Made by a program: the position numbers and the translations under genes. Under the pieces are notes generated by a model. It did no database searches, had not been told where the DNA came from, and saw nothing but the letters and a program-made list of their open reading frames with translations. DNA of 64,000 nucleotides from assembly GCA_002269645.1 (NCBI GenBank), contig NIVC01003602.1, positions 24,598 to 88,597 of the forward strand, in the 5' to 3' direction. Origin of the DNA: Macrostomum lignano. Taxonomy: Eukaryota. Each line of letters opens with the position of its first letter. Position 1 is the first letter of the stretch. Positions 1-18,225 of the stretch are shown here, in pieces.

Positions 1-205
1 CTTTTGAGCAGCATCGTGAATAACTTTGAATACAGGAAGACGGGCACGAACCTGTGTAGCGACTGGGGTTAAGTTTCTCTGATCCGACCGGCGAGTAGCT
101 TTTTTATGCTTCAAAAGAGCTTTGGAACTATCGTGCCTCATCAGAGAGACTGGGAACTAAAGGCAGTTCATATCTACCTCGTCTGCTTTCAGACTGACTA
201 TACTA

Positions 206-282
206 ATGCAGGAATAGAATGGATTGCTAATCTAGCCAATGCATGGTTGCAGGAATAGAATGGATTGCTAATCTAGTCAATA
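206..282. repeat. ~2 copies of a 41-bp repeat, inverted relative to the same family at 61387-61759
   Basis: GCAGGAATAGAATGGATTGCTAATCTAG(C/T)CAAT is the reverse complement of the unit AGCAATCCATTCTATTCCTGCATCCATGCATTGGCTAGATT at 61.4-61.8 kb. Confidence 0.85.
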
Positions 283-469
283 CAGATTGATTGGTTTAAT
301 TATTTTGATGTTTTAAAGCTACGTTTAGCGTCGTACACAGTTTAGCCAGTGCATTGTGGAAAAAATAAGTAGAACTTTGGTTGCAAGAGAAGACTAAACT
401 AAACCGCCGAGCTCACCCCAGGCTGATACTCTCCCATTCGCCGTTCATCGACCGGCTGTCGAGGACCAG

Positions 470-2290
470 CCTTGGTGGTGTGCCGTACCGTGAGGCCGGT
501 GGTGTTGTACACGGAGGTGTTGTAGGCCGAGCTAATATATCGAAGCTTCCTGTCCTAGTCCTGCTAGTTCTCCGACACCGTCGTTGCCAGCATATCGCCT
601 AGAGTCCGATTGTCTCGTTCGATGAAGCCGTTTCCGCTCTAATAAACAGGCGACGTGCGGGTCTTCTCAACGCCCAGCGTTCTTCTTCTCAACACCACGT
701 CGATTGCTGTTAAAACTCTCGTCTTCATTCACTTGGAGGAGGTGTCAGGCATGTTCAGGATGTAAGAATTGCCATCAGTCGTGCACGGCAGCGGCTTTTC
801 CGTGTCAATCTGCACCAGCTGCTCCGGCGCCTTCTGTATGGCCTGGTCGGATTCTTCTTAGCTAGACAGGTAGCACAGCTGGCCACCTAAAAGTAGTTCT
901 CTACGTCCCGCCGCATACCGGGCCATCAGCAGTGCTCCATCAGTCTCGCTGGCGTCCTATCGATGCCGAGATGTCCACTCTGGTTGCATGAGTGAGCCTG
1001 GTGCAGAAGGTGGGAATGACTGACCGGCCACAGACCTTCAGGACCCCGCCGAACTCACTGCAGCTTCGTCAAGCAGCTCACGAACCTGCGCTGCCCAACC
1101 CTCAGACTGACTGTCGATCTCTTCGGCCAGTACCTGGAACGCCTTGCTAAGTAGCGGATCTTCCAGTCGCTCCTCGCCGTCACCCCACCGAGGCTGCATC
1201 CGAGTGCCGGCCACCCCGCCCACCCGGCCCAGCGCATCCGGCACTACGTTGTCTATGCCACGCCGTTAGAACAGATTGAAGGAGAACTGCTGCAGAGTCG
1301 ACAACCACCACGCCAGCCAGCCCTCCGGGTCCTTCGTCGCCAACAGACCCTGCAGAGGCTTATGGTCCAAATAGACCGTGAATTTCGGGACACTCAGCAG
1401 GTACGTCCTGGAGTGCTTCAGACTCCAGACCATTGAGAGCAGCTCCCGGTCGCCTTGTTGAGGGTACGAGAGGCAAACGCCACCGGCAGCTCGGCATCTC
1501 CCTGCAGCTGGCTGAGCACAGCACCGAACTCAAACTGGCTGCTGTCGCAACCGAGCACGAACTGCTTGGTGAAATCCGGTAATCTTAGCACCGAGGCCGT
1601 CGTCAGGTTGTTTTTAAGCTCATTGAACGCCCACTCGCAGTTGCTGTTTCAGGCGAAGTCCCTCAATTTCAGGCTGAAATCATGCAGGACCCTTGTAGGC
1701 TGGCTGAAGCTTTTGATGAAACGGCGGTAGAAACCCAGCATACCGAGAAACCGCTTCACCTCCTCCTCTATCGTTGAACTAAGCATGATGCGAATCACCT
1801 CAAACTTGCCAGAGTCAGGTGCATCATGCTGATCAGGTATCCCAGGTACAGCACCGATTTTCGCTTTGTTCAGTTTGAGTCCCACGCTTCTCAAGCGTCG
1901 AAAAACATGATGGACCAAGCCTCAACAAGTACTCGTCGAACGTACCGCTGATGACCACCAGGAGAACATCGACTCCCATGACAGACTAGACATGACCAGC
2001 TCCATAAGCCACAGAAACGTTGCACATTCCGAAGCCCATCTTGCAGAACTACATCAGGCCGCGGTTCGAATAGAACGCAGTCTTGAACCGGTCCTCTTGC
2101 GCCACCTCCATCTGATGGTAGCACTGTCGACAGTCAATGGTGGAGAACCAGGAGTATCCGAACAGCGCGTCCTTGATCGTGCAGACATTCAGCTGTCGCT
2201 AGTCCTTGCAGAGTCGGTTGTCGCTGTTCTTCTTGAGCACCAGCAGCAGGTTCGATGATGCCGCTGTCCAGCATCTGACCGATTTTCTTG
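470..2290 (-). mobile_element. Degenerate Ty3/Gypsy LTR-retrotransposon pol fragment (RT - RNase H - integrase) with stops, frameshifts and deletions
   Basis: Minus-strand translation gives RT motifs (SNLLLVLKKNSDNRLCKD*RQLN; FSTIDCRQCYHQMEVAQEDRFKTAF; FRRLRSVGLKLNKAK), connection/RNase H (EVKRFLGMLGFYRRFIK; LRLPDFTKQFVLGCDSS; PVAFASR; FTVYLDHKPL) and integrase (EQLVQIDTEKPLPCTTDGNSYIL; NGFIERDNRTLGDML; AYNTSVYNTTG). Order RT-RH-IN is Gypsy-type. YxDD motif not found; no LTR pair identified. Confidence 0.9.
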
Positions 2291-3460
2291 TCCACCTAGT
2301 CCCGCCCTGACAGAGGCAGTCGGCCCTGGCTAGGCCTTCAAATATAGTTAAATGATGAAAGCGATGTGTGTGGCCTCCATCATAGACATGCAGTGGCCCC
2401 TGCGCACACTAGAGATCATGCGCCAGACTACAGTAATGTTTGCATTTGCACTACTACGAGTAGTACGCATATATATGGTTTGGATTGCTAAAAATAAAAC
2501 AAGTTATAACAGAGAATGCCTGCATAAGGACAGAACCGCTTCCCTGCTGTTGCTGGAGTGCTGTCCGAGTTATCGACATTGGCGAAAGTTAGAATTTTTA
2601 GCTTCAGGAAAAAGCAAGAAAAGGGAGTCGATGCTCTGATTGCGACTCGGCCCTTCCACCGGGCTCTGCCGCATCCCGACCGTCTCGCGATCATGACCGG
2701 ATGTGCAAAAACGTGCATCATAAAGAATGTACGAGCGCGTATTCTGAAGATTCTCAGATTTTATCTACTTACTAATCGATTCAAAGCAGCTTATTTTTTG
2801 CTGACAAGTGTTTTATGGGTACGTTTTATTTATTGTAGAAAGGCCTGAAAGGCACACGTTGAGAATAGGCCTGTGATAGTCGAATTTGGAGACTATAGAT
2901 CGGTGAGAGTAGACTAATGAGATTAGACCAGTGAGACTAGAGAAGTGAGACTAAACCAGTGAGCTTAGATCTGTAAGAGTCGACCTTTAAGACTATATGG
3001 ATCAGTGAGAATGGACCATTGATGTAATACATGCGAAAGTTGACCTGCGACAGAATACGAGTCGTCCAGCACTTCAACAACTCTCTAACAGATTCGCTTA
3101 AAGATTTCTCTTATTTTTTTACAAAAGAAACACAGACGGTAAAGTCCGTATACGTACCGACATCAAATGTAGCCAGCTCCCTGAGCAATGTTGCCCCTCA
3201 TTTCTACTTTTAAGCGCAATCGGAATACAAGTTCCTTATCAAATCTAGTACGTTGGGCCTGCGACACTGTGAACAGAGTGTTAAGGTGCCACGTGCGGGC
3301 AAAGCTTAGTGATAATGAAGAGCACGTTGTAAAAGGCGGTTTTCAGAGCTCTTGATCTGATAAGACTTAGTCAAATAAATAGAGAGAGTTATGCTTGAAT
3401 TGAGTTCTCAATACTGCAGGGTGTACAGTAGAAGCAGATTAGAGAAAGGCAGGGGCAGGC

Positions 3461-6271
3461 ATGAACGATCCAACAGTCAGCTACGACAATAATCTGGATC
3501 AGGAGTCAATCAGCATGTGAGTGCGTCTCTGTCATTTGCTATATTCTAACTGACTATTAATGCTAACTGATTAAATTTCTAGAAAAAATTCTATACCTGG
3601 AAGTCCTTTTCTTTGCTTAAACTAGCTCGTAATACGGAATACAAAAGTGACAACCGTAAAAGTAACAAAAAATCGATAAGTGTAGCCTCCGATAAATTGG
3701 CCTTCAAAAATTGGCCAAAAACTGAAAATCACTTTCTGGCCAATTAGTTCTTCCAATAAATCGGCCTTAATAAGAACTAAACTTCCTAAAAACAGGCTTC
3801 ATAAAAAACTTCATAAAAAGGACTTTCAAAAATCAGCCCTAAAAATGGCCTTTCATAAAAACCGGCCTTCATAGAAACCGGCCTTCATAAAACGGCCTTC
3901 ATAAAACTGCCTTCAAAACAGAACCTTCATAAAAACCGGCCTTCATAAAAACCGGCCTTCATAAAACTGCCTTCAAAACAGAACCTTCATAAAAACCGGC
4001 CTTCATAAAAACCGGCCTTAATAAAAACCGACCTTCAATAAATCGATATTTTTTCAGCCGCGAGGTCTCTTACGTCGGCATCAATTCGAACTCCACCGCG
4101 TTCAACCAATCCGGCTCCCGACGTCGACAGCAGGGATGCCGTCGTCGCCGGCGCTGCCGACGCTGGTTGGTCGAGATCGGCGACGCTGCTCGCCTGCACG
4201 CACCAGCCGCGGCAGCCGGTCTTCTCGGCATCGGGCCTCAAGTCTCCTGCCTTGTCGCCTGCGGCCGATTGTCGTCGATTGAACTGTCCGCCGCCAGCGT
4301 CTCGCTGCCGCTGCTTGTCGGGCTCTGCTTGGCGCCGGCGCTAACTGCCGGCGCTGTGTCTGGCGCCAGCGCTGGCGCCGTCGCTCTACTCCTGGCCGGC
4401 TGTCTGCTGGCGAACTCGCGCCCGCTGCTGCTGGCGCTGGGCCTGGCGCCCAACCTGGCGCAGATGTCAGCCGACCTGCTGCTGGCGCTCCTGCCTGGCG
4501 CCGTTTTCGCCTGCGGCTTTGCTTGGCTCAGTCGAGCGCGCCGTCTATCTGGCGCCGGCTGCCCGTCGGCGCCGTTGCTATGCTCGTTGCTGGGCAACGC
4601 AGCTTGCATTGGCGCGCTGGTATACGGCTCGGCCGGGTGGGGCCTGCGATACCTGGGCGTCGGGGCCTGCTACTCGGCTGCCCAGGCAGTCGCTTTGATG
4701 TCATTGCTGGCGACAGCCGCGGTGGAGTCGGCGGCTGCCGCACTCGGCGGTCGAATCGGCGCCGGACCGACTTGGATTTGTCGCGGCGGCGGCGGCGGAC
4801 GTCGACAGAGGCGCGTCTGGCTGGGCTTGGCCGCAGGCATTCTGGAAGGCGTCGCATTCGACGCTGCGCCAACGCTGGTTGCCGTGGCGACGGACTCGAC
4901 TGGGGGTCTGGCGGCTGCTCAAGGAGTCGCTTGGCAGGTGGGATGGAGTGACAGATGGCGTGACAGATAGAGTGACGGATGGAGCTTTGGATGGAGTGAG
5001 AGATGGAGTGACAGGTGGAGTGACGGGTGGAGTGACAGATGGAGTGACAGATGGACCTATAGATAGAGTGATGAATCGTGTGATAGATGGAGCTCTGGAT
5101 GGAGCTCTGGATGGAGTGACGGATGGAGTGACGGATGGAGTGACGGATGGAGTGACGGATGAAGTGACGGATGGAGTGACGGATGGAGTGACGGATGGAG
5201 TGACGGATGGAGTGACGGATGGAGTGACGGATGGAGTGACGGATGGAATGACGGATGGAGCTTTGGGTGGAGTGACGGATGGAGTGACAGATGGAGTGAA
5301 AGATTGAGCTATGGATAGAGTGACAGATGGAGCTTTGGATGGAGTGACGGATGGACTACTAATCATGACACTACTAATGGTAGTCTTTTATAAAATCACT
5401 TTCTCAGATGGTCGCCCTAATCCGAGCTGTCGGTCCGCTCGCTTCGTCGACGTCGGTCGGCCTCCGCGTCGCCGGTCAGTTGGATCGGCGCGACGCGCCA
5501 TCCGCTCGGCGCAGCCTTGGCGCCGGGCTCTGCCTCGCCTTTGCTATTGGCGCCGCTGTTGGCGCCACGCCTCTGGCGCTATTCCGCTGGCCACTGGCGC
5601 TCTGGCTCTGCCCCTGCTGGCCGGAGTTGGCGGCCAGGCTACTCGGCATTGCAGCGCCGTTGCCGCTCGCCGAGTCGCTCGCCCTGCCTTGCGCCGCCTC
5701 CCTAGCCGCCGTTGGCCATCCGTCGGTCGCTGCCGGCATCGCCGCCCTCGCCCTGGCCGGCGGCGCCCTGCCGCTGGGATTTCTGCTCGCAATGATCCCC
5801 ACTGCCCGGCTGCAGCTGGGCCCTGCCGGCTGCTGGCTCGGCCTCCTGGCCGGCTCCATTCTCGCCGTCGCGCTGCTCGGCTCGTCGCTTCATCGACTGG
5901 CCTGGCGACTCGGCGGCAGCGGCCTTCCGGACGAAAGTCTGGACGAGGCGGCGGCGCTGCTCGGCCAGTGGCGCGGCGGGCCGCAGGCTTCGCTTCGCCG
6001 AGGCAGCGGCGTCATCCGGGTGGACCTGCTGGCGCCGGGATCCGCCACGGCTACGGCGAGGCCGACCCCGCTGCGGCCCTGCCTGATGGTGCCGTCGGAG
6101 TCGGGTCAATTGTCGGCATCTTCGACAATGTCGTCCCGCTGTCGACAAGTCACCGCCTGCCTGCTGCTGCTGCTGACTGCGGCGGCTGCGGCTGCTCTGC
6201 GACTGCACCAGGCCGACTTTTTGCCGCCGGTGGCCAACTTCAGCCTTCCGCTGCCCGGTGATGGTTGCTAG
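3461..6271 (+). CDS. Diverged MATE (SLC47-like) multidrug/toxin extrusion transporter, ~599 aa, 3 exons
   Basis: Exons 3461-3516, 4058-4937, 5408-6271 join in frame over GT-AG introns (phase 2, then 0). MATE-like segments: EIGDAARLHAP...CGRLSSIELSAASVSL, LLLALG, GILEGVAFD, AAAQGVAWQ|MVAL...VGLRVAGQL, LPLGFLLAM...GCWLGLLAG. Exon 1 is inferred from ATG plus a GTGAGT donor of matching phase. Confidence 0.75.
3840..4038. repeat. ~18-bp degenerate minisatellite (AAAACCGGCCTTCATAA) in MATE intron 1
   Basis: About 10 tandem copies ending just before the 4057 acceptor. Confidence 0.9.
4945..5360. repeat. 12-bp minisatellite (GGAGTGACGGAT) filling MATE intron 2
   Basis: Directly visible; explains the TPSV and DGVT ORFs. 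Confidence 0.95.
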
Positions 6272-6369
6272 GCGACCATCTAGTCGCCATGGTAGCTAGT
6301 GTAAAGTATTAATTTTGATTTCTTTTCGATCGATAAGTAAAATCAAATTTAAATTTGCGCCGAAGAGGG

Positions 6370-6800
<431 letters not shown>

Positions 6801-6819
6801 CACTCTCTCACACGCTCAC

Positions 6820-7120
6820 ACAGGGTGTACAGTCACCTTGACATCTTATCATCAGACATGTGCCATTCGGGGATTTGATTCTCGATCCCATTGGAATAAT
6901 TTGTGTCCTTGAGCAAGACACTTAACTCTACATTGCTTCAGCTCACCCAGCTGTAAAATGGGTGCCAGCATTAGCTGGGGTAATTGAGGGTGTGTGTAGC
7001 GACCCCCCAGTCCTTGGACTGAACAGCCGTACGCAGCCTTCAGATGCGCCGCGCAATAGCTGCGGCTGAGCTGTCGGTAGCACATCTGGCTTAATTGGTG
7101 GAGGTGTAATCAATTATTAT
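6820..7120 (+). mobile_element. SINE-like element with conserved central domain
   Basis: TTGTGTCCTTGAGCAAGACACTTAACTC...CACCCAGCTGTAAAATGGGTGCC resembles the conserved core of widespread metazoan tRNA-derived SINEs; ends in an ATTATTATT tail. Family assignment from memory, not from a search. Confidence 0.6.
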
Positions 7121-7124
7121 TGCT

Positions 7125-7190
7125 ACGGAATCGAACCACGGGTCGTGGAGCTAAAGTCAGACGTGTTGACCGCTGAGCAGCCCAGAGTTT
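7125..7190 (-). mobile_element. tRNA-derived (SINE head-like) sequence, not a convincing tRNA gene
   Basis: Minus strand GCTCAGCGGTCAACACG (A-box-like) ... GGTTCGATTCC (B-box); no clean acceptor stem. A similar piece lies at 7652-7710 (GGCTCGATTCC). Confidence 0.55.
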
Positions 7191-8438
7191 AACAGTGTTC
7201 TTCGGTGTCTAAAACTATAAGCGCGAATTTAAAAGCGATTCAATTTACCGAACGATTTCACTATGGTAACAAAGGACCTTCTGTTGAAAGTCCCACGCAC
7301 AGTTCCAGCTGATATTACAGCATAAAATTCAGCTCAGAAAATGGCTCTGAACTATATTAAAAAGGAACATTTTTTTATTGGGGGCAGAGGCGCACTTTAA
7401 GCGACATTGGCACACAACCGGCGAGAGGCATTGCTGCCCATTCCGCCGACTCCCCTGAGCAGGCACACAAGCGCGCGGATACGTACGCAGTCATACGCAC
7501 AGGCACACACTCACACAGGAGTGTACAGCGGTCCTAGCTTTATTTATCGTGAGGCATGTACACTTCACTGCGCCTTGGGGGGTTGGCTCTCAAGGGCGTT
7601 AATTGCACGAGCAGAGCCAAGCCGAGATTCCAATTCAGCCCCAAATTAATGTGACTGCACTTGGAATCGAGCCTGGGCCGCTGGCACATCAGAGCCCCGT
7701 GGTTGAGCACTGTATTAAATTAGATTATTATGATTATAATACAATTATAATAAATTATATTGCATTTAATTTGAGACTGAATATCCTGCACAGCGGAATT
7801 TTATGTACTTCTTTGTTTAAACAAAATCAAATTCCTAATCTGTAATTTAATGTAAATCCGGTAGTTTTTTACGCATTTTTCTGCGCTATTAGCTACTAAA
7901 ATAAAAAAGTAGCATAATAAGCGACATCTTTAGATTTTTTCATTATTATAGTGAAAGCTTAGTCACTCGTGAGAAAGTAATTGCGCGTGTATATTTTTAA
8001 TTTAATAAAAAATCAGACAATAAAGCATTGCAAACTCTATCTGAGCAACTGAAAAACAATTGCAAAACAAAATTGCGCACACGACATCAAAATATTCATT
8101 ATACGCTACTTGATACTACGTAGCCAGTAGTGTAGACAGTTCACGGCAAGCTGAAACAAAAAAATATCAAAACTGGCTCGGTGAGAGAGAGAGAGGGCCC
8201 GTAAGATTTGATCGATTTTTTTAAACAAAAGACGCATTGCTTGCGGTGCAAGGCGGCGAGGCAAGAAGAAAAGCAACAGAAGAAAAAATGTGTTGTGAGC
8301 AAACAAAAGTACTAATAGTATGGTATGCTACTATAGAACGTAAAATCCAAATTAAAAACAACATATCTCTTCACAAAGAAGTTTCGTATCATCTCGAAGT
8401 CTATAAGTAATTCTGCTTCCAGGTTTTCATTTTGTGGT

Positions 8439-12931
<4,493 letters not shown>

Positions 12932-15900
12932 GGCAACGACCGGGTGGCGCGGTTCTTCACTGAAATCGGCAAAGGACCATTATATTGTAAAGTAATTCAC
13001 GATATATGTATATTTCATGCATATCTTATAGCAAATATTTATTTGAACTATATCACTTAATAGCTATTTTATAATTATCACAGTGATATTATAACTATTT
13101 TAGTGATAGTTCATCTACAGACACTGAAAATCTCTTCTTGTATCAAAACTGAAGAACCATCAGGCATATGTGCATCTAACCAGTTCTCTTCAAAAGTTTG
13201 AAGTTGTGTGCTAAATAAGAATCTCACAAAGAAGAAGTTATCGTTCCTGTAAAATGTATTGTAGTATCTACCAATTTCATTTAAAAATAAAGTCGACATT
13301 CATTAGTTCAAATCATATATATTATTACATAAAAATCTTAAAGCAACAGAACAGAATGTCCACACTCCTTAATTCAATTATATTTTTTATATGATGATAT
13401 TAGAGATTGGAGATTAATATTTAGTGAATAAGTTTCAGAAATAACTTTATATATTTCTGCTTCGGAGAAGATACACATATCGGAGAAAATGCAAAACGTA
13501 ATACAGATAGTATTATAGTATTGATAATCATCACAATAAAATTTTCAGCTATTTTGAATCCTTAATTATTTCCTTGATATCTATCCATTGCTATGGCTGT
13601 GCTACCTGCCAAGAAAAAGCTTAAAACTAAAAAAGTCATATATGAATATATAAAATAGTACGAGTATATAGTTCCCGTCCCGTTATTTTGCTACTTTAGT
13701 TGAATATAGAACCCATTCAAGAATTCCATCTTATAAAATCGAAGTCATTTTTGTACTCAGAAATCGATCGCATCCGGTCGCAATGCAACTAACAACCAAA
13801 TAAAATATTTTGTTTAATAAAGAAAACAAAAAGAAAACTAACGAAAGTCGCAATTTATGCTTTTACTTTTTTTGCAGCATTGTAACTCGCAGACTGTTTT
13901 TTGGCTTTGTTTTACTCGTAATATACTAAAGCCCGTTGAATATGTTTCAAACTACGAAGTCATACACAGCTCAGCTCAGCGCAAGTAAGTCGTTCAAAAT
14001 TTTAAAAGTTTCAGCTTTCATCCAATAAAAAGTTTTCTTTCATCCATCTTTTCACTGCAAAGCCACTTTGAAATTTTTTTCCATGCTTTGAAATATCAAA
14101 TAGTATTTTTTACTAATAAACGAATACTCAAATGACGTTTATGCTTAAAGAGCGTATTAAATCGATATTAATATTATTATTATTATTATTATTATCATTA
14201 TTATTATTAAATCGAATTACATTCAATGGCGTAGTCACTTTCAGAATCTTGTGGGATATCGGTTTGAGACCATGAAATCACTTGTAAAGGATAAATACTC
14301 AGAAAATACTCGATTTATGAAACACAGCTTGGACACAATTCTGATCGAATTGACGACTCTCTGTATTTGCAGAAAATAAATTTAAGTTGAATTTAAATTG
14401 AATGAAGCGCGCAGAAATTTTAAATCAGCAGGTAGAAGTTTTGCAGGTGTGTTCAGTGTAATAAAAAGAAGACCAATGCAAATGCCGCAAGCGGACGCGC
14501 GTGCTTGCGCAAAGGCGACAGGATTAATTTGATACAAGGGTATTGGGGAAAGCGCGGCGCGCCACCGCAAGACGCGAAAGCAACTTGCGATGCATCTGAA
14601 TTGCGATTTGGATCTGGCTGCAGGCCGCCGCCCGCCAGCTACATTGGGGCAATATGAGATTTGCTGGAATCCCAGACGACCCATTTGAACTGCGTGTTTC
14701 GGGGGTGGCGGCCGGTTGCTTTTTTTGCAACGGCTGGCAGTGGCGGCGCGCGCAAAAAGAGCCTGAAGGAGCGAACGGTAGAGCTGGGAGCGGAAACGGC
14801 CCTCGGGGGAGGGGAGGGGGGTGGTAGGGGGAATTGCGGGTTGGCATGCGAAGCCTTGGAATCAGAGTTCCTCAGACAGCTTCCTTTCCTAATTTCCCCG
14901 AGCCTCGCTCGCAGCGCGCGCCGCACCATCTTATTCCTTAGCTGCTGCTGCTGCATGGGCTGTAGGGCTCTTGCCCTAGGGCTCTAGGGCCGCCGCCGCC
15001 GCCGCTGCCGCCACCCGGCCAGCCCCACCCCCTGCCCCTACACTTTCAGCGCGCTGCGTGTCCCCGGGTCCCATTCCGCGCATCCCCCCCCCCTGGCCGG
15101 CTGTCCGTCTCTCCCACCCCTTCCACCCCCTAAACCAAGCCAAGACTTCAAATTGTTTGGCCGTGCGGCGCTGCCGCGGCGACTCGCGGCTGTGCCGGCC
15201 GGCCGGCCGCATCTATTTGACGAGCAACGCGCGGAGCCCGGCGGCCCCCCGCGCGGGTAGGTGAAGTGAAGAGGAAACTGCGAAGGCTAGAGAAAAAAAT
15301 AAGCTATAGGCCTATATGACTAGGCTAGCCCAGCTAGGTATATAGCCAGAGCTGGGCATCTCAATGACGCGCGGGCGGCCAGTAAAAAGGGGGTGGATGA
15401 AGTGAGCGAGAGCGCCCCGCAGAGGTGACGACAACGTATAGAATGGAGTGGACAGGCCCCTGGCCAAAGAGAGAAGAGAGACAGACGCAGCGGCTTTAGT
15501 AGCCATTTGCCAAACCCGGATCCACAGCTTAGCTGGGATCGTTTCTCTCCTCTGCACCCGACCTTCCTCCTCCCTCCGGAGGAGGGGGGACGGGCGGGCG
15601 CTCGCGCGTCGTCGTCAGGCCGGCACTCAGGGCTGATCGCGCGCCTCGCCCCGGGCCCGCATCCGTATGCGGCAGCGGGAACAGAATATTAACTAACTAG
15701 CTAATAGCTGCTGCGGGCCTCCAGTCTGTCTACGTGAAGCTTTGGCTCACAGTGAGAGCAGAGAGGCCAGGCCAGGCATTTGGGTTGGGCGGGGCAGAGT
15801 TCGCCGATTAGGGATTTAGGAGCAGCGCCGCTGCTGCCGGCTTGGCTGCTGCCCCGCACTGCTGGCAGCACTGTCAGAGGCTGAGAGCGGGATGGACTTA

Positions 15901-17559
15901 CAGGGAAACAGAGAAAAATGAGACAGTTACCCGAGCGCCGAGTGTCCCTTGTTCAATCACCCGGACCTCCCAGATTTAAAGCGCGAAGGCCCATACAACT
16001 TGTCAGATAGTTTTAACAATCAATCCCAGAAACTTGGGGAGGCGTCCATCTTCACTTCATCTGGATGACTCCACAATTGGAGTTAAGCAATAATCTTTTT
16101 AGTCAGTGGAGGGCAGCGTCATGGGGGCAGCGAGTGAAAGGGGCGCTCGGCCCCGACGGGATGTGGAAGGACTGGGAAGGAGGCGACGGGCAAGGCGGGC
16201 CCAGCAGTCGCAATTTTTGTTGTTGGAGATGTGGCGCGCACATCTGGCATCCAGGAGTTTCGCTCCATGCGGCATCCCCCTTCTGCCGCCCCCTCCCTCC
16301 CCAGGAGCTCCAAGCCGGGCAAACAAGTAGGGACCCGCCGCCGGGCCCCCAATCCATCCCTCTCCAATCCCTCAATCTCGAAGCATATTCGCTCGCTCGA
16401 TTGCGCAATCAGCGCTTGGTTGCGGCGGGCGGGCGGGCGGGCGGCCCCCGTCAGAGCTGAGCCGTGCAGACCGAATCGAAGCTGCTGGAGACCCATTGCG
16501 CAGATTGGCTTGGCTTGGCTCCTTTCTCTCTTCAGGGCTATTATCGGCGGGCAAAGCGGGGGCGCGGGAACGACAGTCGGAGCGGAACAAAGCCCCCCTG
16601 CCCCCCGGTTTTTCTCTCTTAGGCAGGGGCAGCTCGCGGCCCGCAACCCGCCCCCCCCCCCTGTCGCCAGCTGTGGGATTTTCAGAGAGGAGGAAATGGG
16701 AATCGCGGGGAGGAGCGAAGCCGAGCCCAGAGCCAGGAGAAAGAGAGACGCCTGGGACCCGGGGGCGCGCGGCGGTAACCCAATCTTCCTCCTCTCGCTT
16801 CTCCTCCCCCCGCCCTCTGTTTCTTCCTCATTTCCCAAAGCCCCTTTTCATCGCTCGCCTCGCGCGATCCCGGCAGTTGGCAGCCAGCCTGGGCCTGTCT
16901 CTCCTCTCCTTCCCCTTCCCCCTTCATCCGCGCGCTCCATTTCCCGCGGGCCATTTCGCGCGCTGGCCCCGCCATGGAAGAAGCGATGGACCTTACTAAA
17001 CTGCTCCCCTTTGCCTGCTCCGGGTGCTCCCGCTCCTCTGCTTCATGGCAATCCCCTGGCAATGACCGGCACTGCCAATGAGAACAAAGACTGAGGAAAT
17101 AGCGGCGGTGTTGCTTTTTGCCTTTGCTTTTTTCGTTTTCGCTCTTTGATTTTGGAATTTCTTTTTCTTCACTTTTTGTTTATTCTTCTGTGGATATTAA
17201 ACACGGTATTGTGAGGGAGTTCATCTCAGTTTATAAAAATAAAAATTCTCACGAACTCTACCGAAAAATCATATTTTTGACCAGATGTTTGCTGTCTGCT
17301 GGGGTCTCCCCTATTGTGTTGCTTGCGTTTGCGGAAATGGCACCGCTTCTTATGCATTTATACATGCATAAAGCGCATATTGACATTTGTAACAAAGCTA
17401 CCGGCGCACAATTGAATTTGAACCCCCAAGTAAAACAAACTTCTTAGTTTGCACGATGACCCTCTTCTTTTGGTGCGAAATCAAAACAGAAAGTTCTGAC
17501 GGCCTGTCAGGTACTCAGTTCACTTGATGATGAACTAAGAACTTACTCAATTTCGAGTT

Positions 17560-18225
17560 TTGAGTACCGTTTTGAGTGAATGCAATGCACATATAAATCA
17601 GTCAAGTGCAAATATTGTTGAATCAAGTGCAGACATGAGTGAATGCAGAGATGAGTGAATTCAATGCAGGGATAATTGAATTCAATGATGAGTGAATCCA
17701 ATGTAGAGATGAGTGAATTCCAAGCATAGATGAATAAATCCAATGCAAATATGAGTGAATCCAATGCAGGGATGAGTGAATCCCATGCATAGATACGTGA
17801 ATTCCATGCAAAGATGAGTGAATCCCATGCAGATATGAGTGAATCCCATGCAAAATTGAGTGAATCCCAGCAAAGATGAGTGAATCCCAGAAAATATGTG
17901 AATCCATGCAAAGATGAGTGAATCCCATGAAAATATGAGTGAATCCATGCAAAGATGAGTGAATCCATGCAGATGAGTGAATCCATGCAGATGAGTGAAT
18001 CCCATGCAAAGATGAGTGAATCCAGCAGATGAGTGAATCCATGCAAAGATGAGTGAATCCCATGAAAATATGAGTGAATCCCATGCAAAGATGAGTGAAT
18101 CCAATGCAGATATGAGTGAATCCCATGCAAAGATGAGTGAATCCCAGGCAAAGATGAGTGAATCCCAGGCAAAGATGAGTGAATTCCATGCAAAGATGAG
18201 TGAACGCAGAATTAAGTGAATAAAA
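17560..18225. repeat. ~21-bp minisatellite (GATGAGTGAATCCCATGCAAA)
   Basis: About 30 variable copies; explains three overlapping repetitive ORFs. Confidence 0.93.

Noticed and set aside
7125-7190. Possible tRNA gene with a TTA (suppressor-like) anticodon
   Set aside because: No acceptor stem and a poor cloverleaf; better explained as a SINE head.
14382-17447. Many overlapping 60-290-aa ORFs in GC-rich islands (also 21800-23500 and 28200-31900)
   Set aside because: Arg/Pro/Ala/Gly-biased in all frames, no domains, no coherent exon chain.
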